A stretch of 64,000 bases of DNA from a plasmid, in sequence record NZ_CP118992.1; one strand, given 5' to 3'. Position 1 is the stretch's first letter; each line of letters starts with the position of its first letter. Shown one piece after another: positions 38,976 to 50,124 of the stretch. The notes below the pieces were generated by a model that was not told the DNA's origin, searched no databases, and saw only the letters and a list, made by a program, of their open reading frames with translations. Made by a program: the position numbers and the translations under genes.

Positions 38976-39281
38976 TTGCCACTGTCATTTTCAGAAGACG
39001 ACTGCACCAGACAACGCGGTTTGAAGGCTGTTGTGCAGTCGTCTATTGAACGAACAGTATCAGGAGTCCGCTGCACGAATGATGACCTCAAGCCGGTTCT
39101 GGTCGCGCTGGCGACCGATCAGCCCCTGGATGTGCGATACCGCGACCACGATCTTTCCGGCGATTGGGCGGGCTACCGCGAATGCCACATCAAGCCCGAC
39201 CTGCTGCTGATCTACCGCAAGTCCGACGCCGACACCCTGCGACTGGCGCGGCTTGGCTCCCATAGCGAGCTGTTCGGCTGA
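38976..39281 (+). CDS. RelE/YafQ-family mRNA-interferase toxin with no adjacent antitoxin; start uncertain (TTG 38976 or GTG 39033).
   Basis: C-terminal RYRDHDLSGDWAGYRECHIKPDLLLIYRKSDADTLRLARLGSHSELFG matches the RelE/YafQ catalytic consensus (compare YafQ ...YKDHPLQGSWKGYRDAHVEPDWILIYKLTD..FERTGTHAALFG). The GTG at 39033 lies within the right arm of a 12-bp hairpin. Confidence 0.65.
   Translation: MPLSFSEDDCTRQRGLKAVVQSSIERTVSGVRCTNDDLKPVLVALATDQPLDVRYRDHDLSGDWAGYRECHIKPDLLLIYRKSDADTLRLARLGSHSELFG
38996..39044 (+). promoter_or_regulatory. 12-bp-stem hairpin AGACGACTGCAC-(25 nt)-GTGCAGTCGTCT in the toxin leader, overlapping the candidate start codon.
   Basis: Perfect inverted repeat, also present in the disrupted paralog at 14191..14239. 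Confidence 0.4.
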
Positions 39282-39407
39282 TGCCAGTCGCCTTGTCCGC
39301 CAAACGATCATTAGGCGGCCAAACCGGACGCCTGTCCGAAAACATCTTGCGCAACGGGATGACGGACAATAAGATAGGCGGACGGTATAACGGACAAATG
39401 GGCGGAA

Positions 39408-39983
39408 ATGGCACTCATCGGCTATGCGCGGGTATCGACGGCGGAACAGGACACCGCCTTGCAGACGGATGCGCTGCGCAATGCAGGCTGCGAACGGGTT
39501 TTCGAGGACACGGCATCCGGGGCCAAGGCAGACCGGCCCGGCTTGGCCGATGCGCTGGCTTATCTGCGCGATGGCGATGTGCTGGTCGTCTGGCGGCTGG
39601 ATCGGCTTGGCCGCTCCCTGCCGCACCTGATTGAGACGGTCGGCAAGCTGGAAGCACGGGGCGTCGGCTTCCGCTCGTTGACTGAAAACATCGACACCAC
39701 CACGCCGGGCGGACGGCTCATCTTCCATGTGTTCGGTGCGCTGGGCCAGTTCGAGCGCGACCTGATCCGCGAGCGCACCAAGGCCGGGTTGACCGCTGCC
39801 GCCGCACGCGGGCGCAAAGGCGGACGCAAGCCGGTTGTCACTGCCGACAAGTTGCAACGAGCGCGGGAGCTTGTCGCCAACGGCTTGAATGTCCGCGAGG
39901 CCGCCGCACGCCTCAAGGTAGGAAAAACCGCTCTCTACGCTGCCTTGCAGGCGGCCAGTTCTGGCAGTGCAGCCGACTCCTGA
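39408..39983 (+). CDS. Stand-alone serine recombinase (resolvase/invertase family).
   Basis: MALIGYARVSTAEQDTALQTDALRNAGCERVFED... carries the resolvase catalytic domain and C-terminal HTH. The upstream dyad TGTCCGAAAACATC...GACGGACA resembles a res subsite. Confidence 0.85.
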   Translation: MALIGYARVSTAEQDTALQTDALRNAGCERVFEDTASGAKADRPGLADALAYLRDGDVLVVWRLDRLGRSLPHLIETVGKLEARGVGFRSLTENIDTTTPGGRLIFHVFGALGQFERDLIRERTKAGLTAAAARGRKGGRKPVVTADKLQRARELVANGLNVREAAARLKVGKTALYAALQAASSGSAADS

Positions 39984-40134
39984 TATTTCGTGCAGTCGCC
40001 TTCTGAAAACGACAGGCTGTTCGAGCTTTTTACGCCAGTAAGCAAACTGGTGATAGACCAGTGCCTGGCTTTTGCAAAAGGCGTGGCCGGAGAGGCCGGA
40101 GTCAAGCCAGGCAGTGATCTGCTGCTGCCAAAAA

Positions 40135-40410
40135 TCAGCACGTTCTTGAGTGGTCATAGTGAAAATCCAGCGAAGAGGTAATGGATTTCAAGTGTGACGA
40201 GCTGATTTTGGGAAAAAAAGATGCCGATTCAAGGGCGCTTACCCAATCTCTATCAGCTTTAACGCGGGGTAAGGTGTTGGACTGCTCAATACGTCGCGCA
40301 GTTCGGGTGGAAATGGCAGACTTCGCAGCAGCGATTTCTTGAGTCATGCCTTGTTGGCGATGCTGCATATACAGCTCCTCTTGTCGGTGAGTGATATGTT
40401 GTCCAGGCAC
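40135..40410 (-). pseudogene. N-terminal fragment of an IS21-family IstA-like transposase.
   Basis: ...QEELYMQHRQQGMTQEIAAAKSAISTRTARRIE resembles the IstA N-terminal HTH (compare IS21 ...EDFYMIKQMRQQGAYIVDIATQIGCSERTVRRYL). Truncated on both sides. Confidence 0.35.
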
Positions 40411-40590
40411 CTTGAACTCCGAACAGAAAACAAGGTACCTATTGTGACACCCAACCGGCCAAGATAATTGTCGTCAACCGGTCATCCTAATTGTCGCCGA
40501 ACAGAGGGTGAGGGCGCATGTTGTCAGCTTACTTTCCACAGCAAACGGTTTTACTCCATGAACTGTAAGGTTATTAACATCATCGGACCC

Positions 40591-41851
40591 TCAGAGATCC
40601 CCTCATTTTTAGAGACTCAAATAATTCCAAGTGTGCGGGTATATAAGCGGTGTTGCTTCAGGTAGTAGATAAATTTATCCATCAACAAGACCGCATTGGT
40701 TTCTTTCATTTTAGGTAGCAACTGGTAATAGATGACCCCTTGCCGAAAGAACGAATAGGTTCGGCTCTTGCTGGTATTGACCTTGATCGTTCTCTCTAGA
40801 CCGACACTGTCTCCAGCCTTACCCAGCAGCGTCAGCAAGACGATGGCCAGGGCACTGAATAAAAACAGTCGGTCGCGCCGGACCGGATTACTGATGTGCA
40901 CATCTCCCATACCCATGCCGAATTTGTAATCTTTGATATCACGAAAACTGGTCTCGATACCCCAGCGCTGGCCGTATAGTTGCAACGCCTTGGCGGCGCT
41001 CAGGTCGGTCCGGTTACTGGCCAGAAACCACGCGTCTTTCATGCCACTCTTATGACAACAATAGACCCGTTCGACAGGCTGTCGCTGCCCAGTTAGCTCC
41101 ACCGCTTTGAGGGTTCGGGTGCGCCCGGTCGGCGTTAGCCAGTCCCGAGCTGGAACCTGCTCTACACCAGGGTAACCAACCAAAACATTTCCTTTAAATC
41201 TAATGAGATAAGCAAAGCCTAGCTCTTGCTCCAGGCGTTCGAACAGCTCCATGTAACCAAAGCCGCGGTCAGCTACTACCGTCACGAAGATACCCTCTGG
41301 CAACGTCTGCTTGAGCTTGGTGAGCAGCTCTTTCTCATGGGCATTGCGTTGCCCTTTGAGCAACGATTTCCGATGGGTTTTCCACAGCAGCGGAGTACTG
41401 CGACCGTGGTTGGTTTGCAGGCTGATAACCAAGGTACTGTGATCATCGGCATCGAATTCGGTCCAGTCCATGGAGACTACGATCTCGGTACGTTCACCGA
41501 CCACATAGGGCACCCAATCGTCAAAGAGGCTCCAGACATTGAGCTTGGTGTTAGTGAGCAGGCGATCCACCTGTTTAACCGCATGTTTACGTTCGAGACC
41601 GTTGGCCAAGGAGAGGCCACTACCGATGGCGTGGATGGCCAGTGAACCTGACTCGATAACCCCGAGGGTAGCATTGGCGAGGGAAAGAACACGCTTGGCA
41701 TGCATGTCCTGTCCAAATATATCGTCGATGTGGTTGAGGATTAGTTCGTGGTTAAACATGGGGATAGTCTGTTGGGTATTAGCTGGTCAAGGATGGCGAT
41801 CATACCTCAGAAGCCGCGCCACGCCTCGCTCATATGAGGGGATGGTTAAGC
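40591..41851 (-). mobile_element. IS4-family, IS10-like insertion sequence (copy 1, ~1.26 kb) with a 9-bp target duplication ATCGGACCC.
   Basis: Ends (T)CAGAGATCCCCTCAT... and ...ATGAGGGGATGGTTAAGC resemble IS10 termini. Direct repeat ATCGGACCC at 40582..40590 and 41852..41860. Inserted exactly at the LysR gene stop codon. Confidence 0.75.
40617..41759 (-). CDS. IS4-family (IS10-like) DDE transposase (380 aa).
   Basis: ...LQLYGQRWGIETSFRDIKDYKFGMGM... matches the IS4-family YREK signature region. Confidence 0.8.
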   Translation of the reverse strand: MFNHELILNHIDDIFGQDMHAKRVLSLANATLGVIESGSLAIHAIGSGLSLANGLERKHAVKQVDRLLTNTKLNVWSLFDDWVPYVVGERTEIVVSMDWTEFDADDHSTLVISLQTNHGRSTPLLWKTHRKSLLKGQRNAHEKELLTKLKQTLPEGIFVTVVADRGFGYMELFERLEQELGFAYLIRFKGNVLVGYPGVEQVPARDWLTPTGRTRTLKAVELTGQRQPVERVYCCHKSGMKDAWFLASNRTDLSAAKALQLYGQRWGIETSFRDIKDYKFGMGMGDVHISNPVRRDRLFLFSALAIVLLTLLGKAGDSVGLERTIKVNTSKSRTYSFFRQGVIYYQLLPKMKETNAVLLMDKFIYYLKQHRLYTRTLGII

Positions 41852-42764
41852 ATCGGACCCTTTTGTTTGCTTCCGTCATCAGAAGATTAAAAAGAGCCCG
41901 AGCAGCAGGTCCTGTCTCCTCGCCCTTAGGTAGGGTTAGATGAAGGGGAACCTGGTAGTCAAATCCCTCCTGAATATCAAGGTTAACAATCTCAGGATTA
42001 TTGATTTTATTAATAAGGTGTTCAGGAATTCGGCAAAATCCCAAACCTGAAATCACTGCGTCAATTGCATAATCAAAATTGTCCACCGTTAATCTGCGTT
42101 GTGTTTTCAGCCAGCCAACATTTTCCCCCTGAAAGTTTTCGTCGCGACCTAAGTCTCTCAGAACAATTTGAGTTGTATTTACCAATTCATTTACATTGAT
42201 ATTCTTTTGCCTGGAAAGTGGGTGCCTGGAAGAAATTACCGGCAACATCTTTACATGGCCAAAGAAAGATGATGGGTGATTTTCAACAGGTAGGTTAATA
42301 ATGGCAATATCAGATATTTTTTCTTTAACGTATTTTCGGGTAGAGCTAAGCGAGGTTTCGCGCAAAGTAACAGATGTTAATTCATTATTAGAACAGAATG
42401 TTGTCAAGGGACCATAAATCCAGTTGCGATCACAAAGATGATCCACTGAGACTGTGAGATTGGACTCGTATCTTTCGGAAAGGAGATGACTCTGTTTTTC
42501 TAATTGCCGGGCTATTTCAAGCATGGTGCCCGCTTTTCGTAAAAGAAAAGTCGCATTGGCTGTTAAACGCGTCTTGTTGCCTACCACCTCAACCAGCTTC
42601 GTACCAAGCTGATCTTCAAGTTTTTTCACTGAATACAAAAGAGTGGTGTGGCTCTTATTTAACCTTTCAGCAGCGCCCTGCACACTTCCTTCTTCGCTGA
42701 TAGCAACTAAGTTCACCCACTGGTCGAGTGTGGATTTCAGTCTTTCTGTCATATTTTTGAACAC
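41787..42764 (-). CDS. LysR-family transcriptional regulator (low GC). The native stop is replaced by read-through into the IS10-like end, adding a ~21-aa tail.
   Basis: N-terminal LysR HTH (...VAISEEGSVQGAAERLNKSHTTLLYSVKKLEDQLGTKLV...) and substrate-binding domain. Reconstructing the TSD gives native ...EANKRVR-stop. Confidence 0.75.
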   Translation of the reverse strand: MFKNMTERLKSTLDQWVNLVAISEEGSVQGAAERLNKSHTTLLYSVKKLEDQLGTKLVEVVGNKTRLTANATFLLRKAGTMLEIARQLEKQSHLLSERYESNLTVSVDHLCDRNWIYGPLTTFCSNNELTSVTLRETSLSSTRKYVKEKISDIAIINLPVENHPSSFFGHVKMLPVISSRHPLSRQKNINVNELVNTTQIVLRDLGRDENFQGENVGWLKTQRRLTVDNFDYAIDAVISGLGFCRIPEHLINKINNPEIVNLDIQEGFDYQVPLHLTLPKGEETGPAARALFNLLMTEANKRVRCLTIPSYERGVARLLRYDRHP

Positions 42765-42847
42765 ATAATGGCTAATTTATGAAGTTGATTGTGCAATAAA
42801 TTCATAATAACATACAGGCATTCTGAGAAAACGTTAGCACTGGAGGT

Positions 42848-43159
42848 ATGATGTCGAACAAACTTTTACAGCTACACTTTGATTTTCATGGCCCGTTTGG
42901 TCCCGAAATGTCTCGTCAACTGGTAGGCCTGGCAGAATCAATCAATTCTGAACCTGGTTTTATCTGGAAAATCTGGACTGAAAGTAAGGATAATCAAGAG
43001 GCTGGCGGCATTTACCTGTTTCAGGATGAGGATACTGCATTGGCTTATGTCAAAAAGCACTCAGAACGCCTGAAGCCACTCGGGGTGTCCGAAGTCATCT
43101 ACAAAATTTTCGATGTGAATGAGCCACTCACTAAGATAAACCGGGGTCAGGCGCAGTAA
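42848..43159 (+). CDS. YdhR-like putative monooxygenase (Dabb/ABM-type).
   Basis: [53 protein letters not shown]... closely parallels E. coli YdhR. Divergent from the LysR gene. Confidence 0.75.
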   Translation: MMSNKLLQLHFDFHGPFGPEMSRQLVGLAESINSEPGFIWKIWTESKDNQEAGGIYLFQDEDTALAYVKKHSERLKPLGVSEVIYKIFDVNEPLTKINRGQAQ

Positions 43160-43450
43160 TCGGAATGTCATTCAGGGAGGTTTATCCATGCCTCCCTGAA
43201 TGAATGCCTGGCGGCTAATTACACGTGTATAACCTATCATTTATTTTCATTTCTTCGTTCTTGCTGACGAAAACAGGTTCAAAAGAGTGTCTCACCTGAG
43301 GGATCCCCACAAATTGCTCCCCCATATTATCCACACTCTATCAGATCGTCCGGTGTCCAGCACCACTGAGCCTGACTCTTATACACCTTAGAGATCCCCT
43401 CATTTTTAGAGACTCAAATAATTCCAAGTGTGCGGCTATATAAACGGTGT

Positions 43451-44979
43451 GTAACTGTTCACCCAGATGGCATTGACAGGAAAAAGTGAGACGATCATCC
43501 CTTGATCCACTGTTGCCCCTTGCCTGATCCCGCCAGCTTGGCACCATCACGTCATGAGCAAACCCATTACGCCACCACCCGGCCTGCCGCTGACCCTCGA
43601 GCAAGCCAACGAGCTGATTTACAAGCTGATGGCGCGCATCGCCGAGCTTGAAGACCGCCTCAACCAAAACAGCAATAACTCCTCCAAGCCCCCCTCCACT
43701 GATGGCTCGGGGACCCCGCCTGCGCGCAAGCGCCCCGCTTCCGGCAAGGCTCGTGGTGCCCAGCCTGGCCACAAGGGGCAGCGGCGTGAACGTCATCCTG
43801 AGGACGACCGACTGACGGCAATACCACACTATCCTGCCCGGCAGTGCGCCTGCTGTGGTGAGCAGGTGGTGTCCCATGACAAGCCCTACCGGGTTCATCA
43901 GGTGTTTGACCTGCCCGAGGTCAGCTATGTGGTGACAGAGCATCAGCTGTATCGGGGCACCTGCCGTGGGTGCGTCACCACCAGTGAAGCAGCCCTGCCC
44001 GATACGGTGAGCCACAGCCAGATGGGGGCTAATCTGCTGAGCTATATCGCTTTGCAGAGTGGTCAGTTCCACCAGAGCATCAGCAAGATACAGCAGCAGC
44101 TCAAGCAGCACTTCGGTTTGAGCTTTAGCCGAGGCGCCATCAGTGAAGCGCAAGGCCGGGTCAGCGCCATGCTCACCCCGACCCACCAAGCCATCAAACA
44201 GCAAGTGCAGTCTGCCGCCATCATCCATGCCGATGAAACCCGGCACCAGCGGGGCGGTGAGCGACGCTGGATGTGGCTGGCCCTGAGCAAGGTCGCGGTC
44301 TGCTTCATGACGGCGTTTGGCCGCGGTCAGGAGGCAGCGAAGCGGTTGCTGGGCAGTGAGCTTGATGGGGTGCTGGTGACCGACCAGTATGCGGGATACC
44401 GCTTCATCGACAGCGCCCAGCGCCAACTGTGCTGGGCGCATGTGCTGCGCAACGTGGCGGCGATTGCCGAGAGTAGCGACGCCGTCAACCAGCCTATCGG
44501 AGCCCGGCTGGTACTGCTGGCTGACACGGTGTTCAGAACCCGGCATGGCTATGAACAAGGCTGCTTAAGCCGGGAGCAGTACCAGCGAAGGTTGCAGCGA
44601 TGTCGGCAAAGCTGGCGAAGGCAGCTGGAGCGGGGCAGTGTACTGTGTTCCAAGCGCTACCGTGGGCGCTGCCAGTTACTGCTCAAGGACGATGAGATGC
44701 TATGGCGTTTTATGGAAAACGACGAGATAGCGCTGACCAACAATGAAGCGGAGCGGGCGCTGCGTGGCTATGTGCTGTGGCGCAAGGGAAGCTATGGCGT
44801 CTGGTCGCATCGAGGCGAGCAGTTCAGGCAGCGTATCCTATCGTTGGTGGAGACGGCCAAGCGATTGGGCCGCTGCCCGCAGGAGTGGCTGAGGGCAGTT
44901 GTCAGGTCCTGCATCGAGAAAACCGACTACCCGTTCCCGGAGGAGTTGGTGCTGTCAACACCGTCCCGGTGAACGGTTA
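43451..44979 (+). mobile_element. IS66-family single-ORF insertion sequence, copy 1 of 3 (1529 bp).
   Basis: Terminal IRs GTAACTGTTCACC / GGTGAACGGTTAC. 8-bp target duplication AACGGTGT (43443..43450 and 44980..44987). Confidence 0.8.
43554..44972 (+). CDS. IS66-family transposase (TnpC-like, 472 aa).
   Basis: N-terminal leucine-zipper/IS66 motif (LIYKLMARIAELEDRLNQNSNNSSKPPSTDG...KRPASGKARGAQPGHKG), a CxxC...CxxC zinc finger and a DDE domain. Identical copies at 45253..46671 and 46952..48370. Confidence 0.85.
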   Translation: MSKPITPPPGLPLTLEQANELIYKLMARIAELEDRLNQNSNNSSKPPSTDGSGTPPARKRPASGKARGAQPGHKGQRRERHPEDDRLTAIPHYPARQCACCGEQVVSHDKPYRVHQVFDLPEVSYVVTEHQLYRGTCRGCVTTSEAALPDTVSHSQMGANLLSYIALQSGQFHQSISKIQQQLKQHFGLSFSRGAISEAQGRVSAMLTPTHQAIKQQVQSAAIIHADETRHQRGGERRWMWLALSKVAVCFMTAFGRGQEAAKRLLGSELDGVLVTDQYAGYRFIDSAQRQLCWAHVLRNVAAIAESSDAVNQPIGARLVLLADTVFRTRHGYEQGCLSREQYQRRLQRCRQSWRRQLERGSVLCSKRYRGRCQLLLKDDEMLWRFMENDEIALTNNEAERALRGYVLWRKGSYGVWSHRGEQFRQRILSLVETAKRLGRCPQEWLRAVVRSCIEKTDYPFPEELVLSTPSR

Positions 44980-45149
44980 CAACGGTGTTGCTTCAGGTAG
45001 TAGATAAATTTATCCAGCAATAGGACTGCATTGGCCTCTTTCATTTTTGGCAGCAACTGGTAATAGATGACCCCTTGCCGAAAGAACGAATAGGTTCGGC
45101 TCTTGCTGGTATTGACCTTGATCGTTCTCTCCAGGCCAACGCTATCGCC

Positions 45150-46678
45150 GTAACTGTTCACCCAGATGGCATTGACAGGAAAAAGTGAGACGATCATCCC
45201 TTGATCCACTGTTGCCCCTTGCCTGATCCCGCCAGCTTGGCACCATCACGTCATGAGCAAACCCATTACGCCACCACCCGGCCTGCCGCTGACCCTCGAG
45301 CAAGCCAACGAGCTGATTTACAAGCTGATGGCGCGCATCGCCGAGCTTGAAGACCGCCTCAACCAAAACAGCAATAACTCCTCCAAGCCCCCCTCCACTG
45401 ATGGCTCGGGGACCCCGCCTGCGCGCAAGCGCCCCGCTTCCGGCAAGGCTCGTGGTGCCCAGCCTGGCCACAAGGGGCAGCGGCGTGAACGTCATCCTGA
45501 GGACGACCGACTGACGGCAATACCACACTATCCTGCCCGGCAGTGCGCCTGCTGTGGTGAGCAGGTGGTGTCCCATGACAAGCCCTACCGGGTTCATCAG
45601 GTGTTTGACCTGCCCGAGGTCAGCTATGTGGTGACAGAGCATCAGCTGTATCGGGGCACCTGCCGTGGGTGCGTCACCACCAGTGAAGCAGCCCTGCCCG
45701 ATACGGTGAGCCACAGCCAGATGGGGGCTAATCTGCTGAGCTATATCGCTTTGCAGAGTGGTCAGTTCCACCAGAGCATCAGCAAGATACAGCAGCAGCT
45801 CAAGCAGCACTTCGGTTTGAGCTTTAGCCGAGGCGCCATCAGTGAAGCGCAAGGCCGGGTCAGCGCCATGCTCACCCCGACCCACCAAGCCATCAAACAG
45901 CAAGTGCAGTCTGCCGCCATCATCCATGCCGATGAAACCCGGCACCAGCGGGGCGGTGAGCGACGCTGGATGTGGCTGGCCCTGAGCAAGGTCGCGGTCT
46001 GCTTCATGACGGCGTTTGGCCGCGGTCAGGAGGCAGCGAAGCGGTTGCTGGGCAGTGAGCTTGATGGGGTGCTGGTGACCGACCAGTATGCGGGATACCG
46101 CTTCATCGACAGCGCCCAGCGCCAACTGTGCTGGGCGCATGTGCTGCGCAACGTGGCGGCGATTGCCGAGAGTAGCGACGCCGTCAACCAGCCTATCGGA
46201 GCCCGGCTGGTACTGCTGGCTGACACGGTGTTCAGAACCCGGCATGGCTATGAACAAGGCTGCTTAAGCCGGGAGCAGTACCAGCGAAGGTTGCAGCGAT
46301 GTCGGCAAAGCTGGCGAAGGCAGCTGGAGCGGGGCAGTGTACTGTGTTCCAAGCGCTACCGTGGGCGCTGCCAGTTACTGCTCAAGGACGATGAGATGCT
46401 ATGGCGTTTTATGGAAAACGACGAGATAGCGCTGACCAACAATGAAGCGGAGCGGGCGCTGCGTGGCTATGTGCTGTGGCGCAAGGGAAGCTATGGCGTC
46501 TGGTCGCATCGAGGCGAGCAGTTCAGGCAGCGTATCCTATCGTTGGTGGAGACGGCCAAGCGATTGGGCCGCTGCCCGCAGGAGTGGCTGAGGGCAGTTG
46601 TCAGGTCCTGCATCGAGAAAACCGACTACCCGTTCCCGGAGGAGTTGGTGCTGTCAACACCGTCCCGGTGAACGGTTA
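45150..46678 (+). mobile_element. IS66-family IS, copy 2 of 3 (transposase 45253..46671).
   Basis: Identical to copy 1. Flanked on the left by CTATCGCC and on the right by AACGGTGT, i.e. hybrid flanks. Confidence 0.8.
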
Positions 46679-46848
46679 CAACGGTGTTGCTTCAGGTAGT
46701 AGATAAATTTATCCAGCAATAGGACTGCATTGGCCTCTTTCATTTTTGGCAGCAACTGGTAATAGATGACCCCTTGCCGAAAGAACGAATAGGTTCGGCT
46801 CTTGCTGGTATTGACCTTGATCGTTCTCTCCAGGCCAACGCTATCGCC

Positions 46849-48377
46849 GTAACTGTTCACCCAGATGGCATTGACAGGAAAAAGTGAGACGATCATCCCT
46901 TGATCCACTGTTGCCCCTTGCCTGATCCCGCCAGCTTGGCACCATCACGTCATGAGCAAACCCATTACGCCACCACCCGGCCTGCCGCTGACCCTCGAGC
47001 AAGCCAACGAGCTGATTTACAAGCTGATGGCGCGCATCGCCGAGCTTGAAGACCGCCTCAACCAAAACAGCAATAACTCCTCCAAGCCCCCCTCCACTGA
47101 TGGCTCGGGGACCCCGCCTGCGCGCAAGCGCCCCGCTTCCGGCAAGGCTCGTGGTGCCCAGCCTGGCCACAAGGGGCAGCGGCGTGAACGTCATCCTGAG
47201 GACGACCGACTGACGGCAATACCACACTATCCTGCCCGGCAGTGCGCCTGCTGTGGTGAGCAGGTGGTGTCCCATGACAAGCCCTACCGGGTTCATCAGG
47301 TGTTTGACCTGCCCGAGGTCAGCTATGTGGTGACAGAGCATCAGCTGTATCGGGGCACCTGCCGTGGGTGCGTCACCACCAGTGAAGCAGCCCTGCCCGA
47401 TACGGTGAGCCACAGCCAGATGGGGGCTAATCTGCTGAGCTATATCGCTTTGCAGAGTGGTCAGTTCCACCAGAGCATCAGCAAGATACAGCAGCAGCTC
47501 AAGCAGCACTTCGGTTTGAGCTTTAGCCGAGGCGCCATCAGTGAAGCGCAAGGCCGGGTCAGCGCCATGCTCACCCCGACCCACCAAGCCATCAAACAGC
47601 AAGTGCAGTCTGCCGCCATCATCCATGCCGATGAAACCCGGCACCAGCGGGGCGGTGAGCGACGCTGGATGTGGCTGGCCCTGAGCAAGGTCGCGGTCTG
47701 CTTCATGACGGCGTTTGGCCGCGGTCAGGAGGCAGCGAAGCGGTTGCTGGGCAGTGAGCTTGATGGGGTGCTGGTGACCGACCAGTATGCGGGATACCGC
47801 TTCATCGACAGCGCCCAGCGCCAACTGTGCTGGGCGCATGTGCTGCGCAACGTGGCGGCGATTGCCGAGAGTAGCGACGCCGTCAACCAGCCTATCGGAG
47901 CCCGGCTGGTACTGCTGGCTGACACGGTGTTCAGAACCCGGCATGGCTATGAACAAGGCTGCTTAAGCCGGGAGCAGTACCAGCGAAGGTTGCAGCGATG
48001 TCGGCAAAGCTGGCGAAGGCAGCTGGAGCGGGGCAGTGTACTGTGTTCCAAGCGCTACCGTGGGCGCTGCCAGTTACTGCTCAAGGACGATGAGATGCTA
48101 TGGCGTTTTATGGAAAACGACGAGATAGCGCTGACCAACAATGAAGCGGAGCGGGCGCTGCGTGGCTATGTGCTGTGGCGCAAGGGAAGCTATGGCGTCT
48201 GGTCGCATCGAGGCGAGCAGTTCAGGCAGCGTATCCTATCGTTGGTGGAGACGGCCAAGCGATTGGGCCGCTGCCCGCAGGAGTGGCTGAGGGCAGTTGT
48301 CAGGTCCTGCATCGAGAAAACCGACTACCCGTTCCCGGAGGAGTTGGTGCTGTCAACACCGTCCCGGTGAACGGTTA
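46849..48377 (+). mobile_element. IS66-family IS, copy 3 of 3 (transposase 46952..48370).
   Basis: Identical to copies 1 and 2. Right flank CTATCGCC (48378..48385) matches the left flank of copy 2 (45142..45149). Confidence 0.8.
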
Positions 48378-49080
48378 CCTATCGCCAGCCTTACCCAGCA
48401 GCGTTAGCAGGACAATGGCGAGGGCGCTGAACAAAAACAGTCGGTCGCGCCGGACCGGATTACTGATGTGCACTTCTCCCATACCCATGCCAAATTTGTA
48501 ATCTTTGATATCACGAAAACTGGTCTCGATACCCCAGCGCTGGCCGTACAGTTGCAACGCCTTGGCGGCGCTCAGGTCGGTCCGGTTACTGGCCAGAAAC
48601 CAAGCGTCCTTCATGCCACTTTTGCGACAACAATAGACCCGTTCGACAGGCTGTCTCTGTCCGGTGAGCTCCACCTGTTTGAGGGTTCGGGTGCGTCCGG
48701 TCGGCGTTAGCCAGTCACGAGCTGGAACCTGCTCTCCACCAGGGTAACCAACCAAAATATTTCCTTTAAATCTAATGACATAAGCAAAGCCTAGCTCTTG
48801 TTCCAGGCGCTCGAACAGCTCCATGTAACCAAAGCCTCGGTCAGCGACTACTGTCACGAAGATACCCTCTGGTAGCGTCTGCTTGAGTTTGGTGAGCAGC
48901 TCTTTCTCATGGGCATTACGTTGCCCTTTGAGCAACGATTTTCGATGGGTTTTCCACAGCAGCGGGGTACTGCGTCCATGGTTGGTTTGCAGGCTGATAA
49001 CCAAGGTGCTGTGATCATCGGCGTCGAATTCGGTCCAGTCCATGGAGACTACGATCTCGGTACGTTCACCGACCACATAG

Positions 49081-50124
<1,044 letters not shown>

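Noticed and set aside
39060-40157. 365-aa minus-strand ORF spanning the RelE-like toxin and the serine recombinase.
   Set aside because: It is antisense to two genes with clear family signatures and is a GC-rich artefact.
40581-41860. 10-bp CATCGGACCC direct repeat considered as an unusual target duplication.
   Set aside because: It resolves to a standard 9-bp IS10-type duplication (ATCGGACCC) once the TTAAGC outside-end bases are assigned to the IS. This is reported as a normal TSD, not an anomaly.
43341-44558. 405/371-aa minus-strand ORFs repeated at 43341, 45142 and 46841.
   Set aside because: They are antisense to the three identical IS66-family transposase copies, which carry recognisable leucine-zipper, zinc-finger and DDE motifs. 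They are also low-complexity and GC-skewed.
43451-48377. Regularly spaced 1699-bp repeats considered as a possible CRISPR-like or satellite array.
   Set aside because: The repeat unit is a complete IS with transposase and terminal IRs. The period is far larger than CRISPR repeats, and there are no short direct repeats with unique spacers.
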